DNA of 32,000 nucleotides from Candidatus Methanoperedens sp. (lineage in GTDB: Archaea > Halobacteriota > Methanosarcinia > Methanosarcinales > Methanoperedenaceae): positions 210,001-242,000 of the forward strand of contig JBGQBI010000002.1 of assembly GCA_041494705.1 (NCBI GenBank). Direction: 5' to 3'. Positions within the stretch are counted from its first letter, which is position 1, and each line of letters begins with the position of its first letter. Shown one piece after another: positions 8,205 to 17,720 of the stretch. The notes beneath the pieces are model-generated. The model saw nothing but the letters and a program-made list of their open reading frames with translations, made no database searches and was not told the DNA's origin. A program made the translations under genes and the position numbers.

Positions 8205-8215
8205 AAGTAATTAAA

Positions 8216-8584
8216 ATGGCACAAACATATATCAAATTTGAAGTTCCCGCCGAGTTATCCAATAAAGCATTAGAAGCTCTGGAGATGGCACGGGATACAG
8301 GAAAGATTAAGAAAGGAACAAACGAAGCCACAAAAGCAATCGAGCGTGGAATTGCAAAACTTGTAATAATCGGCGAAGACGTGAACCCGCCTGAAATTGT
8401 AATGCATCTGCCCGCACTTTGCGAGGAAAAGAATACACCATACATCTATGTCAAAAAACAGGTAGAACTCGGCGCAGCTGCCGGATTGAGCGTGGGCAGC
8501 GGAGCGGCGGCGATAGTTGAACCTGGAAAAGGCAAAGAGCTGGTTGATGAAGTGGCGCAGAAAGTCCAGGCCCTGAAGAAGTGA
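8216..8584 (+). CDS. rpl7ae: Ribosomal protein L7Ae (K-turn binding)
   Basis: [48 protein letters not shown] is the hallmark L7Ae/L30e core. Confidence 0.95.
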   Translation: MAQTYIKFEVPAELSNKALEALEMARDTGKIKKGTNEATKAIERGIAKLVIIGEDVNPPEIVMHLPALCEEKNTPYIYVKKQVELGAAAGLSVGSGAAAIVEPGKGKELVDEVAQKVQALKK

Positions 8585-8588
8585 GAGC

Positions 8589-8804
8589 ATGGCAGACGAA
8601 GACGCGGGATATCCCGCTGAAATAATTGAAGTCGTCGGTAAGACCGGCATGCATGGTGAAGCCATGCAGATACAGTGCCGGGTATTGGACGGCAGGGATA
8701 AAGGCAGGATTATCACCCGCAATGTTGTCGGACCGGTGAAGCGCGGAGATATCCTGATTTTGCTTGAGACTTCAAGGGAAGCAAAGAAATTAATGTCAAG
8801 GTGA
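8589..8804 (+). CDS. rps28e: Ribosomal protein S28e
   Basis: [52 protein letters not shown]. Confidence 0.95.
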   Translation: MADEDAGYPAEIIEVVGKTGMHGEAMQIQCRVLDGRDKGRIITRNVVGPVKRGDILILLETSREAKKLMSR

Positions 8805-8808
8805 AATC

Positions 8809-9000
8809 ATGGAAAAAAGGAAATGTTCTTTCTGCGGAGGCGCTATTGAGCCCGGCACCGGCAAGCTTTATGCCAAAAAGGACGGGACTGTCTTCTATTT
8901 TTGTTCATCCAAATGCCAGGGGAATTTAAACCTTGGCAGGATTCCACGCAAGGTCAGATGGACAGAGGCGGGACGTAAAGCAAGAGGAAAAACAGCATAA
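8809..9000 (+). CDS. rpl24e: Ribosomal protein L24e
   Basis: [31 protein letters not shown] zinc-ribbon typical of L24e. Confidence 0.95.
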   Translation: MEKRKCSFCGGAIEPGTGKLYAKKDGTVFYFCSSKCQGNLNLGRIPRKVRWTEAGRKARGKTA

Positions 9001-9012
9001 AAGGTGGGAACC

Positions 9013-9465
9013 GTGGAACGCACTTACGTGATGGTTAAACCCGACGGCGTACAGCGGGGGCTGGTCGGGGAGGTCATAAGCCGGATAGAGCGGCGGGGGC
9101 TTAAAATAGTGGCCATGCGCATGAATACGATTTCCACGGACATTGCCAAAAAACATTATGCTGAACATGCCCAAAAACCTTTTTTTAATTCCCTGATCAG
9201 TTTTATTACATCAGGGCCCTCGGTTTCAATGGTGGTTGAAGGCAAGAATTCGGTTTCTGTAATGCGCGCCATAAATGGGGCTACCAACCCTGTAAATGCT
9301 GCTACGGGTTCTATAAGAGGGGATCTTGCTCTTGATACTGGGCGCAATATCGTCCATGCCAGCGACTCACCGGATTCGGCAAAAATGGAAATAAGCATCC
9401 ATTTCAAGGATTCAGAGATAGCAGGATATTCCAGAGTTGACGAAGCCTGGATATACGAAAATTAA
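9013..9465 (+). CDS. ndk: Nucleoside diphosphate kinase
   Basis: (M)[38 protein letters not shown] at 9013 gives the canonical NDK N-terminus and is preceded by AGGTGG (9002-9007). The track ORF starts at a GTG at 9004. Confidence 0.92.
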   Translation: MERTYVMVKPDGVQRGLVGEVISRIERRGLKIVAMRMNTISTDIAKKHYAEHAQKPFFNSLISFITSGPSVSMVVEGKNSVSVMRAINGATNPVNAATGSIRGDLALDTGRNIVHASDSPDSAKMEISIHFKDSEIAGYSRVDEAWIYEN

Positions 9466-9506
9466 AGGCATATTTTCAAGTGAATTCTATTGTTGAAGGT
9501 GAGAAA

Positions 9507-9995
9507 TTGAGCGCAAAAATCTGGTTTGTAATTCTGGGAATTGCGATATTGATCATAAGCGGATGTGTGCAATCGCCGGAAAAAAAAGAGCCGGTAAGCA
9601 CGAATATATCCAACGCTACTCCTGTTCCCACAATAGAAATAACGACGCCAAAGGTAACACAACCAATACCCAAAGAATTGCCGCCTAATACAATCTTTGT
9701 CTCGGCGCGGATGCTGAAACCCGTTGACTGGGGCAACGGGAAATTAGAACTCGTATCAATGAAAATCCAAATCTATAACCAGCGAAATACCCCGCTCTCC
9801 ATAAAAGCACAAATAATAAACGATAACATGGTTCTTGAAGAAAAATCTTTTGTTCTTGCGGGGGAGGGCAGCAATACCGGGTTTACAAATGAAAACAGAC
9901 ATTTTATAAATAGTACTAATATAAAACTACGACTGCTGGTTCAGGATTATAAGCCAATTGAATACGATGTTGTGGAGGCTGGAAGTATCAGTTAA
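9507..9995 (+). CDS. Hypothetical lipoprotein or secreted protein
   Basis: A TTG at 9507, preceded by GGTGA (9499-9503), gives (M)SAKIWFVILGIAILIISGC, a lipobox-like signal. The track ORF starts at a GTG at 9480. No recognisable family. Confidence 0.5.
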   Translation: MSAKIWFVILGIAILIISGCVQSPEKKEPVSTNISNATPVPTIEITTPKVTQPIPKELPPNTIFVSARMLKPVDWGNGKLELVSMKIQIYNQRNTPLSIKAQIINDNMVLEEKSFVLAGEGSNTGFTNENRHFINSTNIKLRLLVQDYKPIEYDVVEAGSIS

Positions 9996-10068
9996 TTCAA
10001 GACCAGCCTGAACTATTGATAGTGAAATTAACAGAAAGTGTATAATAACTCAGTACAATCTATAGGGT

Positions 10069-11832
10069 ATGGAAAATAATCTGCGCACTCCTATCGTGTG
10101 TGTGATGGGGCATGTCGACCACGGCAAAACTTCGCTGCTTGACAGGATAAGGGGCACCACTATTGCAGAGAGGGAAGCGGGTCTCATAACGCAGCATATA
10201 GGTGCGACAGAAGTGCCGCTTGAGATTATAAAACGCGTATGCGGGCCGGTTTTTAAGGGAGATACAAAAGTCCCGGGGCTGCTCTTTATCGATACTCCGG
10301 GGCACAGGGCATTTACAACGCTTCGGGCAAGAGGCGGCGCGCTTGCTGACCTTGCTATACTGGTTGTTGATGTTAATGAAGGATTCCAGCCCCAGACAAT
10401 AGAAGCAGTCGAGATACTTAAAAGATTCAAGACACCGTTTGTGGTAGCGGCGACCAAGATAGACAAAGTTACAGGCTGGAACCCGCAATCCGGGCAGCCG
10501 TTCATAATCTCATATCCCGAACAGCCGGAACATACAAAGGTCGCACTTGATGAAAAAATATATGTAATAATCGGCAAACTCTATGAAATGGGTTTCAGCT
10601 CTGACAGGTACGACCGTGTGCGGGATTTCCAGCGCAATATTGGCGTGGTACCGATTAGCGCAAAGACCGGGGAAGGCATACCCGACCTCCTCATGATATT
10701 AATGGGGCTGGCGCAAAAGTTCCTTGAAAAAGACCTTGAATACAGGGCAGTCGGTCCGGGCACGGGAACAGTCCTTGAAGTAAAGGAAGAAGTGGGTCTT
10801 GGAACTACGCTTGATGTGATATTATATGACGGCGAGCTAAACGTGGGCGATACCATAGTCGTGGGTAGCAGGGGAGAGCCGATTGCCACGAAAATCCGCG
10901 CCCTCTTGAAACCGCGCCCGCTTTCCGAGATTCGCGCAGAAGAGAAATTCAAGCAGGTAAAGAAAGTGGTCGCAGCGTCGGGTGTTAAAATCGCGGCGCC
11001 CCAGCTTGAAGGAGCGCTTGCCGGCTCGCAGGTCCGCGCCGTTTTTGGCAATATCGAGGAAGTGGCGGCTGCGATAAAATCCGAGATAGACGCGGTGAGG
11101 ATAGAAACCGAATCAAACGGGATTCTTATCAAGGCTGATACGATAGGTTCTCTTGAAGCTCTTGTGAACGAACTGAAAAAGGAGAACATACCGATACGCA
11201 AGGCTGATATCGGCGATGTTTCAAAACGCGATGTTGCGGAAGTAAAAACAATAAAAGACCCGCTATTCTCGGCAATCCTGGGTTTTGAAGTGGATGTCCT
11301 GCCTGATGCCAGGGAAGAACTCATGGGTTCTGACATCAAGCTGTTCGTCAACAATGTCATCTACCGGCTTATCGAGGATTACAAGAAATGGGTGGTCGAA
11401 CAAAAACAGGTCATGGAGAAAAAGCGCTATGAGACTATTATAAAGCCCGGGAGGTTCAAGATATTGCCCGATTGCACGTTCAGGCAGAGCAAGCCCGCCG
11501 TAGTGGGTGTGCGAGTGCTTGGCGGAGTTATTAAGACAAATCTTGAATTGATGAAGGACAACGGCGTGATTGTGGGGACAATAAAAGGAATCCAGGAAAA
11601 TAGCGAGAATATAGGCGAGGCTGGCGCGGGCAAGGAGGTTGCTGTGGCTATCGATGGACCCACAGTCGGGCGGCAGATAAAAGAGGGGGATACGCTTTAC
11701 ATAGATGTGCCCGAAAAACATGCGAAAATCGCTGAACAGGAGCTTTTTGAGGCTATGAAAATCGAGGATAAGGAAACGCTCATGGCATTTATGGAGATAA
11801 AGCGCAGGGGAAATCCTTTCTGGGGAAAATAA
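10069..11832 (+). CDS. infB: Translation initiation factor aIF5B (IF2 homologue)
   Basis: PIVCVMGHVDHGKTSLLDRIRGT, FIDTPGH, ATKIDK. The 587-aa length is typical of intein-free aIF5B. Confidence 0.95.
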   Translation: MENNLRTPIVCVMGHVDHGKTSLLDRIRGTTIAEREAGLITQHIGATEVPLEIIKRVCGPVFKGDTKVPGLLFIDTPGHRAFTTLRARGGALADLAILVVDVNEGFQPQTIEAVEILKRFKTPFVVAATKIDKVTGWNPQSGQPFIISYPEQPEHTKVALDEKIYVIIGKLYEMGFSSDRYDRVRDFQRNIGVVPISAKTGEGIPDLLMILMGLAQKFLEKDLEYRAVGPGTGTVLEVKEEVGLGTTLDVILYDGELNVGDTIVVGSRGEPIATKIRALLKPRPLSEIRAEEKFKQVKKVVAASGVKIAAPQLEGALAGSQVRAVFGNIEEVAAAIKSEIDAVRIETESNGILIKADTIGSLEALVNELKKENIPIRKADIGDVSKRDVAEVKTIKDPLFSAILGFEVDVLPDAREELMGSDIKLFVNNVIYRLIEDYKKWVVEQKQVMEKKRYETIIKPGRFKILPDCTFRQSKPAVVGVRVLGGVIKTNLELMKDNGVIVGTIKGIQENSENIGEAGAGKEVAVAIDGPTVGRQIKEGDTLYIDVPEKHAKIAEQELFEAMKIEDKETLMAFMEIKRRGNPFWGK

Positions 11833-11930
11833 TCTCTCAATAATTAGCAATCAAGGGACATTACACCACGTTTTACACAATAAGAATTATATAAGAGTTA
11901 TAACAATATTATATATTACGAGGGTACATT

Positions 11931-12293
11931 ATGTCAATACTAGATGTAACTGAGGATCAAATCTTCCAGACCTTAGGCAAAGGAAGAGATCCCAATTTCA
12001 AGCCTATAGAAAAGGTCAGGCCTGTAATAGTCAAACCAAAGAAAACATATACGCTCAACAACATCAAAACGACGCAAAGCGTGAAAACCGTGCAGCCGCA
12101 AGTTCAAGCCGTATCTCAACCGGTGATATCAGTCCCTTCACAGCAGGTAGATGACTCGGTAAGGAAGCTCACAGAGGATTTGAACGAATTGAACAACCGT
12201 GTAGCGGGAATCCAAAAAATGGTAAAATGGTATATAGTGCCGCAATTTGTGGTTATTATTGTGCTGGTCCTGGCTTTTGTAGTGAAAAGTTAA
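11931..12293 (+). CDS. Hypothetical tail-anchored protein (coiled-coil segment plus extreme C-terminal TM)
   Basis: LTEDLNELNNRVAGIQKMVKW is followed by IVPQFVVIIVLVLAFVV at the C-terminus. No signal peptide. Confidence 0.5.
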   Translation: MSILDVTEDQIFQTLGKGRDPNFKPIEKVRPVIVKPKKTYTLNNIKTTQSVKTVQPQVQAVSQPVISVPSQQVDDSVRKLTEDLNELNNRVAGIQKMVKWYIVPQFVVIIVLVLAFVVKS

Positions 12294-12391
12294 TATTTCA
12301 ATTTTTGAGAATTCAGCGTAACTTTTCATATCGCATATCTGACGGATTTTAACCGAAATTATCTTGTATATGCTTCTCTTTAGTGGGCGGT

Positions 12392-13567
12392 ATGAAATAT
12401 ATCGTTCTCGTAGGAGATGGAATGGCAGACTATCCTCTCCCTGAACTTGGCGGTCTTACGCCTTTAGAGGCTGCCGATACTCCCAACATGGATTTTATCG
12501 CTAAGCACGGAAAATGCGGCGTTGCGAAAACCGTGCCTGACAATATGCCCGCAGGCAGCGATGTTGCAAATCTTTCCATAATGGGCTATGACCCGGTAAG
12601 ATATTATTCCGGGCGCGGCCCTCTTGAGGCTGCAAGTATCGGGGTAGCTCTTGATAAAGATGATATCGCTTTCAGGTGCAACCTGATAACTGAGAAAGAT
12701 GGCTTGATTGCAGATTACAGCGCAGGACATATTTCAAGCGAAGAGGCAGGGGTCTTAATCGAAGCAGTGGATAATGAACTGGGTAACGACTGCAAATTCC
12801 ATGCAGGCGTGAGTTACAGGCATTTGCTTGTGATGAAACATGGTGAAAAAGCACAGTGCACTCCTCCTCACGATGTAGTGGGGCAACCTGTTAATGATGT
12901 CCTGCCGCGCGGGGACGGCTCGAAACTCCTGATTAATCTCATCAAAGCCTCAAAGCCAATTCTGGATAAACATGAAATCAATATGAAAAGAAGAAAGGAC
13001 GGAAAGAACATCGCGAACCTTATCTGGCCGTGGGGTCAGGGCAAAGCGCCGTCTATGCCTCTTTTTAAAGACATGCATGGCGTTTCCGGTTCTATAATTT
13101 CGGCAGTGGATTTGCTAAAAGGCATCGGGAAGTATGCCGGTCTTGATATTATTGATGTCCCCGGGGCCACGGGTTATCTGGACACCAACTTCGGAGGTAA
13201 AGCTGCATATGCGCTTGAATCATTGAACAACCATGATTTTGTGCTTGTGCATGTCGAGGCGCCTGATGAAGCCGGGCATATGGGAAATCTTGAAGCCAAG
13301 ATAAAGGCAATATCGGATTTTGATGAGAAAGTGGTGGGAGGCATGCTGAACGAACTTGGCGGGTTCGGAGATTTCCGGATTATGGTGCTGCCTGACCATC
13401 CCACGCCAATATCTCTGAGAACGCATACAAGAGAGCCTGTTCCTTTTGCGATTTATTCTTCGACCGAGAGCGCGGATTATGTGGAAAGGTTCGATGAGGC
13501 TGCTGCAAAGGAAGGCATTTTCGGGCTTGTGGAAGGTCATAAGTTGATGAATTTGCTGATTAAGTGA
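12392..13567 (+). CDS. apgM: Cofactor-independent phosphoglycerate mutase, archaeal type
   Basis: [16 protein letters not shown]...TPL..A.TPNMD N-terminus and [10 protein letters not shown] metal-binding region. ATG at 12392; the track ORF begins at a GTG at 12383. Confidence 0.9.
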   Translation: MKYIVLVGDGMADYPLPELGGLTPLEAADTPNMDFIAKHGKCGVAKTVPDNMPAGSDVANLSIMGYDPVRYYSGRGPLEAASIGVALDKDDIAFRCNLITEKDGLIADYSAGHISSEEAGVLIEAVDNELGNDCKFHAGVSYRHLLVMKHGEKAQCTPPHDVVGQPVNDVLPRGDGSKLLINLIKASKPILDKHEINMKRRKDGKNIANLIWPWGQGKAPSMPLFKDMHGVSGSIISAVDLLKGIGKYAGLDIIDVPGATGYLDTNFGGKAAYALESLNNHDFVLVHVEAPDEAGHMGNLEAKIKAISDFDEKVVGGMLNELGGFGDFRIMVLPDHPTPISLRTHTREPVPFAIYSSTESADYVERFDEAAAKEGIFGLVEGHKLMNLLIK

Positions 13568-13583
13568 TGGAGATTTCAAAAAT

Positions 13584-13844
13584 ATGGAATGGTATGATTT
13601 GATAGGAATCGGGGGGGCGCTTCTTACGACTTTCGGGTTTGTGCCCCAGATTATAAAAATGCACAGGACAAAATCGGCGAGGGATATCAGCCCTGTTACA
13701 TTATTGCAATTCAGCGCCGGCACAATCCTGTGGGCATTGTATGGTTATTATATCGAGAAGCCAATCATTATTTCAGCCAATGTTATATCTTTTATAACCC
13801 TGGTCGTCGCAATAATCCTGTATAATTCTTATAGTCGAAAATAA
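13584..13844 (+). CDS. PQ-loop / SemiSWEET-like 3-TM transporter
   Basis: 86 aa with three hydrophobic helices and a PQ motif after TM1 (FGFVPQIIKMHRTKSARDIS). Confidence 0.7.
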   Translation: MEWYDLIGIGGALLTTFGFVPQIIKMHRTKSARDISPVTLLQFSAGTILWALYGYYIEKPIIISANVISFITLVVAIILYNSYSRK

Positions 13845-13916
13845 ATTTGCTCATCCGTTCTTTTCCGGGGCAACTATAAAAAGAACTAAGTATTTACCAA
13901 ACATGGTAAAGCCATA

Positions 13917-14807
13917 ATGCTCTCACTCACTTTAACAGGACTCAAACTCAAAAACCCACTCATGCTCGCCGCGGGCATCATGGGCACTACAGGCGGCTCG
14001 CTTAAAAGAATAGCCGAAAGCGGGGCGGGGGCTGTCGTTACAAAATCCATTGGCTTAGAGCCAAAAGGCGGGCACAGCAATCCGAGCATGGTGGAAGTGG
14101 ACTGCGGTTACCTGAATGCGATGGGTCTCCCCAACCCGTCGTATAAGAATTTCCAGGGCGAGATAGATATTGCAAAAGAAGCCGGAGTTCCTGTAATCGC
14201 AAGCATCTTCGGCGGCTGCTCTCTTGATTTTTCAGAAATCGCCGGGGCGCTTCGCGCCGATGCGTTCGAGCTTAACGTGAGCTGCCCGCATGCGCACGGG
14301 TATGGCGCTGAAATCGGGAAAGACCCGGAGCTTGTGGAAGATATCACCAGAACCGTCAAACGCGTCGCAGATGTGCCTGTCTGGGTGAAACTTACGCCAA
14401 ATGTTACGAATATAAAAGATATAGGACTGGCTGCACAGCGCGGCGGGGCGGATGCAGTGGTCGCTATAAATACTGTTCGGGGAATGGCCATTGATATCGA
14501 AAGCGGGTATCCCATACTGGGTAATAAATTCGGTGGGCTTTCAGGCAGGGCTATTAAGCCTGTGGCTATAAAATGCGTCTTTGACCTCTATGAAGCCCTT
14601 GATATACCGGTGATTGGCGTTGGCGGGATTTCAGAAGCATCGGACGTTATTGAATTCATGATGGCTGGCGCGCAGGCTGTTGAGATTGGTTCTGCTGTTG
14701 GTAATAATATTAATATTTTCAATGATATTTCTTCATGTATGCAGGAATTTCTTGAAGAAAAGGAATGGACTCTTGAGGACATACACGGGATGGCGCACAG
14801 AGTATGA
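13917..14807 (+). CDS. pyrD: Dihydroorotate dehydrogenase, catalytic subunit (class 1B)
   Basis: LKNPLMLAAG, GAVVTKSI, NVSCPH, GGLSGRAIKP, IGVGGI motifs. Confidence 0.92.
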   Translation: MLSLTLTGLKLKNPLMLAAGIMGTTGGSLKRIAESGAGAVVTKSIGLEPKGGHSNPSMVEVDCGYLNAMGLPNPSYKNFQGEIDIAKEAGVPVIASIFGGCSLDFSEIAGALRADAFELNVSCPHAHGYGAEIGKDPELVEDITRTVKRVADVPVWVKLTPNVTNIKDIGLAAQRGGADAVVAINTVRGMAIDIESGYPILGNKFGGLSGRAIKPVAIKCVFDLYEALDIPVIGVGGISEASDVIEFMMAGAQAVEIGSAVGNNINIFNDISSCMQEFLEEKEWTLEDIHGMAHRV

Positions 14808-15550
14808 AACCGGTTAATGCGGTAATCACAAAAGTTGTAGATGAGACCCCTACCATCAGGACTTTTTATTTTGATACCTCTTTTGAGCTAATCCCGGGTC
14901 AGTTCGTGATGGTCTGGATTCGGGGCGTGGATGAGCTCCCGATGGCGCTTTCCTGCGAGAATGCCATAACTGTCCAGAAAGTAGGACCTGCTACATCCGC
15001 GTTATTTGAACTTGGGGTGTGCGATTCCGTGGGCATCCGCGGGCCTTTCGGCAACGGGTTTGATATCAAGAAGGGGCGCATTTTGCTGGTCGCAGGAGGC
15101 GTCGGCGTGGCTCCCCTTGCGCCGCTGGCTGAAAAAGCGGCGGCATCAGGAAACAAGGTAACAACGCTTCTGGGCGCCAAAACAAAAGAAGAATTGCTGT
15201 TCAGGGAGCGATTTGAAGCCGCTGGCGAAGTGCTGGTTGCCACCGATGACGGCTCAGAAGGGAAGCATGGGTACGTGACCCAGTTGCTCGATGATGAGAA
15301 AAAATTCAGTCAAATATACTGCTGCGGCCCTGAAATCATGATGAAAAAGGTTCTCGATAACGTCGCTCCGTCAAAAGCTCAGTTCAGCCTACACAGATAT
15401 ATCAAATGCGGCCTGGGGATATGCGGGGCGTGCTGCGTGGACGGGCTGCGGGTGTGCAGGGACGGGCCTGTGTTTACAGGGGACGTTTTGAAAAAGACGG
15501 AGTTCGGGGTTTACAGGAGGAATGAGTGCGGGGAGAGAGTGAAAGTATAA
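14804..15550 (+). CDS. pyrK: Dihydroorotate dehydrogenase electron-transfer subunit
   Basis: ATGA overlap with pyrD. FNR-like fold (GPFGNGF, LVAGGVGVAP) and a C-terminal 2Fe-2S cluster motif CGLGICGACCV. Confidence 0.9.
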   Translation: MKPVNAVITKVVDETPTIRTFYFDTSFELIPGQFVMVWIRGVDELPMALSCENAITVQKVGPATSALFELGVCDSVGIRGPFGNGFDIKKGRILLVAGGVGVAPLAPLAEKAAASGNKVTTLLGAKTKEELLFRERFEAAGEVLVATDDGSEGKHGYVTQLLDDEKKFSQIYCCGPEIMMKKVLDNVAPSKAQFSLHRYIKCGLGICGACCVDGLRVCRDGPVFTGDVLKKTEFGVYRRNECGERVKV

Positions 15551-15560
15551 ACTCTTTGAT

Positions 15561-16904
15561 TCACTTCCCCTTCCCAAGCTTCCTCACCGCAAAATCTGCC
15601 GCCTTATTCAGCGCATCATAATTCTCTGCAACCATCGGGCAGTAAGCCATTTCGGTTGAGCTGAGGGCATAAACATCCATACCTGCTTTAATCGCAAGAG
15701 AGAGAACGTTTATTCGCGCCCCTGCACCCTCCTCACCCACGACCTGTCCTCCCAGCACCCTGCCTGTTTTTGCATCCGCTATTATCTTGACCGTAATATC
15801 CTTAGAGCCTGGATAATACTCGGGCTTGGTCTTCCCGCGCGCCTTGCCTGATATTACTTCATATCCTGCGGATTCGGCAAAGAACTCATTAAAACCACTC
15901 GCTCCGACCTCCAGGCTGCCTATAAGAGAAACGAATGTGCCAAGCGCACCTTCATATATATCGTACCCGCCTGCCGCATTCCTGCCCGCCACCATCCCCT
16001 GCCTGTAAGCAGCCGAGGAAAGTTGCATCATCGTCGGCCTGTGGTTTATCAGGCTCACAGTCTCGATACAGTCCCCGATAGCATAAATGCCCTTAATATT
16101 GGTCTCCATCCTTGCGTTTGTCCTTATGCCCCATTTCCCTATCTCTATGCCCGCATTCTTCGCCATTTCAAGGTTCGCCCTGACGCCAGAGGCAAGAACC
16201 ACCATATCGGTAACTATCACTTCATCCCCGACCGAGACCGACTCAACAGGCGCACCGTTTATACTGCTCACGCTTTTATTCATCAGCAATTTTATCCCGC
16301 GCTCAATAAGTGAGTCTTCCACCGTTCTCGCCATATCCCTGTCAAGGGCTCGGGGAAGTGCATAAGAGAGCATCTCTATCACTGTCACATCAAGCCCTTT
16401 TGCCCGCAAAGCCACGGCGATTTCAAGACCTATAGGACCCGCGCCGACCACCGCTGCCCTCTTTGCTTTTCCGCAATGTTCTATGATTTTCCGTGCGCTC
16501 TCAATGTCATGCAGCACAAAGACCCCTTTATCAAGAGCTTCCTTCGCCCCTTTTATTGGAGGAATAAAAGGCTCTGCGCCCGGTGCGAAGATGAGAGAAT
16601 CGTATGGCACTGAAATGTTCTCCCCGGTTTTCAGGTTCTTTACAGCCACGTTTTTTCCAGCGGGATTTATTGCCAGTGCCTCAGACAAGAGCAGCTTTGA
16701 AATCTGTTTATCCTCAGGCAGGGAGAACCGGAGTTTATCAAGACCGACTATACCCTCTATCGCAAAAGGCATTCCACACGGGGAAAACATCTCATAAGGT
16801 CTTTTTTCTATAATTGTGATTGATGCTTCAGGGTCAGTCCTGCGTATTGCAAGGGAAGCTGCAAAACCCCCGCTTCCAAGACCTATTATTACGATTTTTG
16901 ACAT
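15561..16904 (-). CDS. FAD-dependent pyridine nucleotide-disulfide oxidoreductase (CoA-disulfide reductase / NADH oxidase family)
   Basis: IVIIGLGSGGFAAS dinucleotide fold, single redox Cys in FSPCGMP, second GxGxxG (VVGAGPIGLE), GDC motif (AIGDCIE). Confidence 0.85.
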   Translation of the reverse strand: MSKIVIIGLGSGGFAASLAIRRTDPEASITIIEKRPYEMFSPCGMPFAIEGIVGLDKLRFSLPEDKQISKLLLSEALAINPAGKNVAVKNLKTGENISVPYDSLIFAPGAEPFIPPIKGAKEALDKGVFVLHDIESARKIIEHCGKAKRAAVVGAGPIGLEIAVALRAKGLDVTVIEMLSYALPRALDRDMARTVEDSLIERGIKLLMNKSVSSINGAPVESVSVGDEVIVTDMVVLASGVRANLEMAKNAGIEIGKWGIRTNARMETNIKGIYAIGDCIETVSLINHRPTMMQLSSAAYRQGMVAGRNAAGGYDIYEGALGTFVSLIGSLEVGASGFNEFFAESAGYEVISGKARGKTKPEYYPGSKDITVKIIADAKTGRVLGGQVVGEEGAGARINVLSLAIKAGMDVYALSSTEMAYCPMVAENYDALNKAADFAVRKLGKGK

Positions 16905-16972
16905 GGTTAATCCAGTTTATTAATTGCAAGCTAGTTATAACTTTTTGACAGGTAATTTAGTTAGGTTAGTAT

Positions 16973-16983
16973 TTATATATATC
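16973..16983 (+). promoter_or_regulatory. Candidate TATA box for the KaiC-like/GTPase/Roadblock operon
   Basis: TTATATATATA lies 33-43 nt upstream of the ATG at 17016, in a 111-nt divergent intergenic region. Confidence 0.3.
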
Positions 16984-17015
16984 AAAATCTAAATAGTCTT
17001 ATCAATACGATAACC

Positions 17016-17720
17016 ATGAGTGATTATTCCATCGGCATCAAGGAACTGGACGACGCCATCGGCGGCATAAAAAAAGGTTCGAATATAATGTTAATCGGGC
17101 CTCCTATGAGTGGAAAGGAGTCTATCCTGAAACTCATCGCTTACCATGGCGCCGTGGATAATGAAAATGCAATTATTATAGTTACAACACGTGAATCCGC
17201 GACTAATATCCTGGAATGGTTCAAGGAGAACAAGCTGGCTCTGCCGTTATCAAAAATAGCCATAGTGGATTGCGTCACAAAAACACTGGGCGGTGCCGCT
17301 CTGGAAAATGAGAACATTAAAATTGCAAGCAGCCCTGTCGACCTGACTGGAATAGGGGTTAAAATCAGCCAGTTTTTCGAGGATTTCTTCATGAAAAAGA
17401 ATAACCGGAAAATCCAGCTTCATATCAATTCCCTGTCTACAATATTGATGTATTCCAATATCCAGACGGTTTTCAGGTTCCTTCATGTATTTACAGGACG
17501 AATCAAAGCTGCCGGAGCCCTTGGGATATATGTAATTGAAAGCGGCATGCATGATGAACAGGCTATCGCAACCTTAAAACAGCTTTTCGATGGTATGATA
17601 GAAATTAAAATTGAAAATGATAAGAATTTTTTAAGGGTGACCGGTCTTTCTTCAAAACCTACGCCATGGTTTGAATATGAGCTTGAGGGAGCAAATTTAA
17701 AGATATCGGGGGGAAAATAA
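17016..17720 (+). CDS. KaiC/RecA-superfamily protein with non-canonical Walker motifs
   Basis: GIKELDDAIGGIKKGSNIMLIGPPMSGKES has a KaiC/RadA-type N-terminus. Walker A is GPPMSGKE (Glu in place of Ser/Thr). The Walker B-equivalent strand is IQLHINSLS (Asn in place of Asp). Confidence 0.8.
   Translation: MSDYSIGIKELDDAIGGIKKGSNIMLIGPPMSGKESILKLIAYHGAVDNENAIIIVTTRESATNILEWFKENKLALPLSKIAIVDCVTKTLGGAALENENIKIASSPVDLTGIGVKISQFFEDFFMKKNNRKIQLHINSLSTILMYSNIQTVFRFLHVFTGRIKAAGALGIYVIESGMHDEQAIATLKQLFDGMIEIKIENDKNFLRVTGLSSKPTPWFEYELEGANLKISGGK

Noticed and set aside
10050-11850. Long minus-strand ORFs inside infB (10050-10577, 10060-10488, 10581-11360, 11263-11850).
   Set aside because: They lie antisense to a confidently identified aIF5B gene. 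Their compositions are Ser/Pro/Thr-rich and low in complexity, as is typical of shadow ORFs, and they have no motifs.
13220-13723. A 167-aa minus-strand ORF spanning the apgM 3' end and the SemiSWEET gene.
   Set aside because: It overlaps two well-supported plus-strand genes and has no motifs, so it is likely a shadow ORF.
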